A stretch of DNA of 64,000 nt, taken from positions 10,910-74,909 of the forward strand of contig NZ_CAURTV010000007.1 in assembly GCF_963527515.1 (NCBI RefSeq), written 5' to 3'. The position numbers and the translations under genes were made by a program. Of the stretch, positions 59,070 to 64,000 are shown piece by piece; positions within the stretch are counted from its first letter, which is position 1; each line of letters opens with the position of its first letter. The stretch is from an uncultured Cellulomonas sp. (lineage in GTDB: Bacteria; Actinomycetota; Actinomycetes; Actinomycetales; Cellulomonadaceae). The notes under the pieces were generated by a model. That model ran no database searches and was not told the origin of the DNA. It saw only the letters and a list, made by a program, of their open reading frames with translations.

Positions 59070-60026
59070 ATGACCGAGTCCGTCCCCGTCCTGCCCCCGA
59101 AGAACCGCACCAGCCGCACCGGCCTCATCGCCGCGATCGTCGTCGTCGCCGTCGTGGTGGTCGGCGTGATCGTCTACCTCACCACCCGTGGCTCCTCCGA
59201 GGAGCCCGGGGCGACGGTCGGCTCGACCGCGCCGACCGTGGTCCGGCTGGGCACCACCGACGTGGCGCAGCCGCACTGGGAGATCCTCAAGGACCTGGCG
59301 GCACAGGAGAACATCGAGCTCGAGATCGTCGGGTTCTCCGAGTACACCCAGCCGAACCCGGCGCTGACCGAGGGCGAGATCGACCTCAACGCGTTCCAGC
59401 ACCTGCTGTACCTGGCTGACCACAACAACAACACCGGCGACGACCTGCAGCCCATCGGCTCGACGCTGATCGTGCCGCTGCCCCTGTACTCCGACAAGCA
59501 CGACGAGGTCAGCGAGTTCACCAAGGGCGAGCAGGTGGCCATCCCCAACGACGCCACCAACCAGGCGCGCGCACTGTTCGTGCTGGAGAGCGCCGGGCTG
59601 ATCGCGTTCACCGGCGAGCCCAAGGTCCCGACGCCCGACGACGTCGACACCGCCGCGTCGACCGTCGTCGTCCGGTCCGTCGAGGCCTCGCAGACCGCCG
59701 GCCTGATCGGTGACCCGGACATCGCCGGGGTCGTCGTCAACAACAACTTCGCCACCGACGCCGGCTTCGACCTCGACGGCTACGTCTACGCCGACGACCC
59801 GACGTCGACCGGCGCGCAGCCGTACATCAACGTGATCGTGGCGCGACCGGACGACGTGGACAACCCGGTGTTCCAGCGCATCGTGGAGCTCTACCACGAC
59901 CCGTCGGTGACCGAGTCGGTCGTGGAGTCCTCGGGCGGCACCGCCGTCATCGTCGAGGGCTACGACGCGGCGAAGCTGCAGCAGGTCCTGCAGGACACCC
60001 AGGCGAACCTGACGACCGCCGGCTGA
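59070..60026 (+). CDS. metQ: MetQ/NlpA family ABC substrate-binding protein, TM-anchored
   Basis: FSEYTQPNPAL.EGEIDLNAFQH..YL, VAIPND.TNQARAL, PYINVIV; AGGAG SD. Confidence 0.93.
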   Translation: MTESVPVLPPKNRTSRTGLIAAIVVVAVVVVGVIVYLTTRGSSEEPGATVGSTAPTVVRLGTTDVAQPHWEILKDLAAQENIELEIVGFSEYTQPNPALTEGEIDLNAFQHLLYLADHNNNTGDDLQPIGSTLIVPLPLYSDKHDEVSEFTKGEQVAIPNDATNQARALFVLESAGLIAFTGEPKVPTPDDVDTAASTVVVRSVEASQTAGLIGDPDIAGVVVNNNFATDAGFDLDGYVYADDPTSTGAQPYINVIVARPDDVDNPVFQRIVELYHDPSVTESVVESSGGTAVIVEGYDAAKLQQVLQDTQANLTTAG

Positions 60027-60030
60027 CCGC

Positions 60031-60061
60031 GCGCCCGGGCAGGGATCCCCTGCCCGGGCGC
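60031..60061 (+). other. Intercistronic 14-bp hairpin between metQ and metN
   Basis: GCGCCCGGGCAGGG-ATC-CCCTGCCCGGGCGC with no U-tract; probably an mRNA-stabilising or partial termination element. Confidence 0.65.
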
Positions 60062-60083
60062 CCCCGTCCTGGAGAGGCAGTGC

Positions 60084-61103
60084 GTGTCCCCCATCATCGA
60101 GTTCCGCGACGTGAGCAAGGTGTTCGCGTCGCCGTCCGGCCCCATTCGCGCCGTCGACGGGGTCGACCTGGCCATCGAGGCCGGTGAGATCTTCGGGGTC
60201 ATCGGCTACTCCGGCGCCGGCAAGAGCACGCTCGTGCGCCTGATCAACGGGCTCGAGCGGGTCTCGTCCGGTCAGCTGATCGTCGACGGGTCCGACGTCG
60301 CCACGCTCACCGAGCGGCAGCTGGAGCTCAAGCGCCGCGACATCGGCATGATCTTCCAGCAGTTCAACCTGTTCTCCTCGCGGACCGTCGCGGGCAACGT
60401 CGCGTTCCCGCTCAAGGTCGCCGGCTGGCCGAAGGCGGACCGGGACCGTCGGATCGCGGAGCTGCTCGACTTCGTCGGCCTGCTCGACCGGGCGCACTCC
60501 TACCCCGACCAGCTGTCCGGTGGGCAGAAGCAGCGCGTCGGCATCGCCCGCGCGCTCGCGGCGTCGCCCAAGATCCTGCTGGCCGACGAGTCCACCAGCG
60601 CGCTGGACCCCCGGACCACGCAGGACGTGCTGCGCCTCCTGCGCAAGGTGAACACCGAGCTGGGCGTCACGATCGTCGTGATCACCCACGAGCTGCAGGT
60701 GGTCCGCGCGATCGCCGACCGCGTGGCCGTCCTGGAGAACGGGCGCGTGGCCGAGCACGGCACGGTGTTCGACATCTTCACCAAGCCGCAGGCGGAGGTC
60801 ACGCAGCGGTTCGTGTCCACCGTCGTGCACGACCGGCCGCGCGGCGCCGACCTCGAGCGCCTGCGGCAGACCCACGAGGGTCGCATCGTCACCGCGACGA
60901 TCGCGGACGGCAGCCTGCTGGGCAGCGTGCTCGCCTCGGCGGGCTCGCTCGGCGTCACGTTCGAGATCGTCTACGGCGGCATCGGCACCCTGCAGGACCA
61001 GTCGTTCGGCTCGCTGACCCTGGCGCTGGACGGGCCCGACGACGCGGTCGAGACGGTCGTCGGGCGGCTGCGCGAGGTCACGACCATCGAGGAGACACGA
61101 TGA
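60084..61103 (+). CDS. metN: Methionine ABC transporter ATP-binding protein
   Basis: GVIGYSGAGKS, LSGGQKQRVGIARAL, DE.TSALDP, C-terminal NIL-like domain. Confidence 0.94.
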   Translation: MSPIIEFRDVSKVFASPSGPIRAVDGVDLAIEAGEIFGVIGYSGAGKSTLVRLINGLERVSSGQLIVDGSDVATLTERQLELKRRDIGMIFQQFNLFSSRTVAGNVAFPLKVAGWPKADRDRRIAELLDFVGLLDRAHSYPDQLSGGQKQRVGIARALAASPKILLADESTSALDPRTTQDVLRLLRKVNTELGVTIVVITHELQVVRAIADRVAVLENGRVAEHGTVFDIFTKPQAEVTQRFVSTVVHDRPRGADLERLRQTHEGRIVTATIADGSLLGSVLASAGSLGVTFEIVYGGIGTLQDQSFGSLTLALDGPDDAVETVVGRLREVTTIEETR

Positions 61104-61798
61104 CCGCCACGCTGCCCGCGCTGCTGCCGGCCGCCAACGACTTCGACTGGCCGTTCCACGGGCCCAAGCTGGTCGAGGCGCTCGGCCAGACTCTCTACAT
61201 GGTGTCCGCGACCCTGCTCATCGGCGGGGTGCTCGGTCTCACGCTCGGTCTCGCCCTCTACACCACCCGGCGCGGCGGCCTGCTGGCCAACCGCGCGGTG
61301 TTCGGCGTCGCCAACCTGCTGGTCAACATCTTCCGGCCCATCCCGTTCCTCATCCTGCTCATGGTCATCGCGCCGGTGACGGTGGGGCTGATCGGCACCC
61401 GGCTGGGCAGCACCGCCATGATCGTGCCGCTGTCGTTCGCGGCGACGTTCGGGGTGTCGAGGATCGTCGAGCAGAACCTGGTGGCCATCGACCCGGGGAT
61501 CATCGAGGCGGCGCGGGCCACCGGCGCGAGCCGCTGGCGGATCGTCGGCACGCTGCTGGTACCCGAGGCGCTGGGGCCGCTGATCCTCGGCTTCACGTTC
61601 GTGTTCGTCGCCATCGTCGACATGTCCGCGTTGGCCGGCACCCTCGACGGCGGCGGGCTCGGTGCGTTCGCGCTGGACTACGGCTACAAGCGCTGGAACT
61701 ACGCGGTCGTGTGGATCACCGTGCTGGTGATCATCCTGCTGGTGCAGGCCGCCCAGGCGATCGGCAACCGCCTCTCGCGCCGGGTGCTGCGCCGCTGA
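61100..61798 (+). CDS. metI: Methionine ABC transporter permease
   Basis: VNIFRPIPF.IL, GIIEAARATGAS, PEAL, GGGLG..A..YGY.R. Confidence 0.94.
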   Translation: MTATLPALLPAANDFDWPFHGPKLVEALGQTLYMVSATLLIGGVLGLTLGLALYTTRRGGLLANRAVFGVANLLVNIFRPIPFLILLMVIAPVTVGLIGTRLGSTAMIVPLSFAATFGVSRIVEQNLVAIDPGIIEAARATGASRWRIVGTLLVPEALGPLILGFTFVFVAIVDMSALAGTLDGGGLGAFALDYGYKRWNYAVVWITVLVIILLVQAAQAIGNRLSRRVLRR

Positions 61799-61946
61799 CC
61801 GTCCACGTCACCCGGTCCGCCCCTCGGAGATCCGGGCATCGCGTGCTATACCGGACATCAGCACACTCGGGAAGCACCGGAGCACCCGCCGCCCTCGTGC
61901 GGTGACCCAGTCGGCCAGGCTCCCTGTGTGGCGGGCTGGGGGGCCC

Positions 61947-64000
61947 ATGGACCGACAGCGGAGCTCGTTCCTGCGAGCCGTGGCCGTGACGGTCGCGGCT
62001 CTCGTCCTGGTCGGGCTGGCGCCCGCCGCGGCCGGCGCCGGAGCGCCTTCCGGCGTCACTGCCGCGACGCTGACGGCGCCGGTGCCCGCCATCACGGGCA
62101 CCCCACAGGTCGGCCAGACCCTCACCGCCGTCCCCGGGCCCTGGGGACCGGCTCCCGTGGCGCTCACCTACCAGTGGCTCGCCGGCGGACAGGCGGTGTC
62201 CGGTGCCACCGCGACGACGTGGAAGCCGACCGTCGCGCAGCTGGGCACGACCGTCACGGTGCGGGTGACGGGCCGGAAGACCGGCTACACCACGGTGAGC
62301 AGGACGTCGGCGGCGACGGCCGCCGTGCTGGGCGCGTTGACGGGCACGAAGCCGACGATCCAGGGCACCGCGCGCACCGGCTCGATGCTGACCGCGGTGC
62401 CGGGCGCATGGGGTCCCGCTCCCGTGACCCTGGCCTACCAGTGGTTCGGCAACGGGGTCGCGATCGACGGCGCCACGGCGACCACCTTCACGGTCGGCGC
62501 GACCGAGTACGGGACGACGCTGAAGGTGCGCGTCAGCGCCACCAAGCCGGGTTACGCGCCCCTGTCCAGCACCAGTGCGGCGACCGCGGCGGTCAGCGGT
62601 CCTCCGGTGGTCCACGTCAGCGGGACCCTGAGCGGGCCGACGGTCTGGTCACCGACGACCGCGTCGGTCTACGTCGTCGACGCTCCCCTCCTGATCTCGG
62701 CGACCGGGAGCCTGACCGTCCGCGCCGGCACCGTGGTGAAGCTCGCGGCGAACAGCGGTCTGACGGTCCGTGGCGGCCGCCTGTCGATCGACGGAGCGGT
62801 GGGCAGCCGGACCGTCCTGACGTCGCTGGCCGACGACACGGTCGCGTCCGACACCAACGGCGACGGCGGCGCGACCAGCCCGTCCGCCGGCTCGTGGGGA
62901 CTGTGGGCCACCGACGCGACGAACGCCCGACCGTCGGTGTCGGTGACCCGAGCCGAGCTGCGCCACGGTCAAGGCGTGCTCGCGGAGAACGACGTCACCG
63001 TGCGGGTGCAGAGCTCCAAGGTCACCGGAGCGATCACGGCGGCCCGGGGGTGGAGCGAGGACTCCGCGCAGACGGCTGTCACGATCACCGACAACACCGT
63101 GACCGGCGGCCCGATCGTCGTCACGTCCACCAACGTGCACAGCGCCCGGCAGCCGATCGCCGTGCTGCGGAACGCGGTGAGCGGGTCGACCGCGGACAAC
63201 CAGCCCATCCGGGTCGACGACGCCGCCCTGCAGCCGTCCGCGCTCGCCGGCAACACCACGACCGGGAACCTCGTCGGCGGGATCGAGGTCAGCGGAGCGC
63301 TCGCGGAGAGCCTCTCGTGGCCGGGGTCGGGGGCGCAGCCCCCGTGGGTCGTCGGCGGCTTCGGCCTGCGGGTGCCGAGCGGTGTGACGATGACGCTGCC
63401 CGCCGGGGGCGTGCTGAAGGCCGAGGAGGGCGCGGCGTTGACGGTCGCCGGGACGTTGCGGGCGACGGGCACGGCGTCGTCGCCCGTCACGCTCACGGCC
63501 TACCGCGACGACTCGGTCGGCGGCGACACCAACGCGGACGGCGCCGCGTCGAGCCCGGTCGTCAGCTGGCGCGGGGTCGTCGACGCCGGCGGTGCCGTCA
63601 CCCTGACCTCCACCACCGTGAAGTTCGCGGCACCGGACGCGCCCCTGCGGCCGAGCACGTTCCGGGACCCCGGGGCGGGGACGCGCGCCTTCACCCCGCT
63701 GTTCACGACCACGTACACCGGGATCTCCAGCTTCGCGGTCGACGAGCGCTCGAACGTGTTCTACGGCGGGTCCCCGGAGGCGCTGACGAAGTACGACTTC
63801 GCGACCGGAAGCACGGCGACGATCCTGCCTCCGGGGGCTGGGGGGGCACACGTGTCCGTGTTCCCCGACGTCATCACCTTCCTGGGCGGTCCGGGGATCG
63901 TGCAGCAGCGCGGACCGGACAAGGTCGTCCGCACCCTCGGCGACTTCAGCGACTTCCTGCGGGCGACGCAGCCGACCGCGGGCTTCTCCTACGGGTTCCA
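61947..64000 (+). CDS. Large secreted protein (partial): signal peptide, two Ig-like repeats, beta-helix-type repeats, probable beta-propeller
   Basis: MDRQRSSFLRAVAVTVAALVLVGLAPAAAGA. Repeats P.I.GT...G..LTAVPG.WGPAPV.L.YQW. Two T(S/A)..DD..DTN.DG motifs. The frame appears open to the window edge, so it is absent from the ORF track. Confidence 0.85.
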   Translation, partial: MDRQRSSFLRAVAVTVAALVLVGLAPAAAGAGAPSGVTAATLTAPVPAITGTPQVGQTLTAVPGPWGPAPVALTYQWLAGGQAVSGATATTWKPTVAQLGTTVTVRVTGRKTGYTTVSRTSAATAAVLGALTGTKPTIQGTARTGSMLTAVPGAWGPAPVTLAYQWFGNGVAIDGATATTFTVGATEYGTTLKVRVSATKPGYAPLSSTSAATAAVSGPPVVHVSGTLSGPTVWSPTTASVYVVDAPLLISATGSLTVRAGTVVKLAANSGLTVRGGRLSIDGAVGSRTVLTSLADDTVASDTNGDGGATSPSAGSWGLWATDATNARPSVSVTRAELRHGQGVLAENDVTVRVQSSKVTGAITAARGWSEDSAQTAVTITDNTVTGGPIVVTSTNVHSARQPIAVLRNAVSGSTADNQPIRVDDAALQPSALAGNTTTGNLVGGIEVSGALAESLSWPGSGAQPPWVVGGFGLRVPSGVTMTLPAGGVLKAEEGAALTVAGTLRATGTASSPVTLTAYRDDSVGGDTNADGAASSPVVSWRGVVDAGGAVTLTSTTVKFAAPDAPLRPSTFRDPGAGTRAFTPLFTTTYTGISSFAVDERSNVFYGGSPEALTKYDFATGSTATILPPGAGGAHVSVFPDVITFLGGPGIVQQRGPDKVVRTLGDFSDFLRATQPTAGFSYGF

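Overview
Very GC-rich actinobacterial chromosome, probably Micrococcales and Cellulomonas-like (inferred from gene order, a secreted pectate lyase and many leaderless starts). The backbone is the conserved actinobacterial block glnE-glnA2 / nadE-panB / map-ppgK / rnpB / histidine phosphatase-Zn-ribbon-Nif3 / tRNA-Val-ahpE-DUF3052 / aceE / fasR-fabD-fabH-acpP-fabF / DUF3145-def. After it come arcA, bldC, tRNA-Ile(CAT), tRNA-Asn, deoC, a stress-type accessory stretch with three ANTAR RNA-binding regulators, a metQNI ABC transporter and a large secreted protein that runs off the right end. I saw no integrase, transposase or CRISPR array. Most notable signals: (1) a class I cyclic di-GMP (GEMM-I) riboswitch sits between a sigma70-type promoter and the ribosome-binding site of a BldC-family regulator. 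(2) An unannotated Met/Cys-containing leader peptide and a C-rich tract precede metQNI, whose MetQ and MetN products are almost free of sulfur amino acids. (3) An endolysin-like M15B peptidase next to rnpB has an in-frame TGA and an internal SD-led restart. (4) Two large uncharacterised proteins are present: a Cys-rich transthyretin-like protein and a bulb-lectin protein with an unknown C-terminal domain. All product calls come from recognising motifs by eye; no database search was run.
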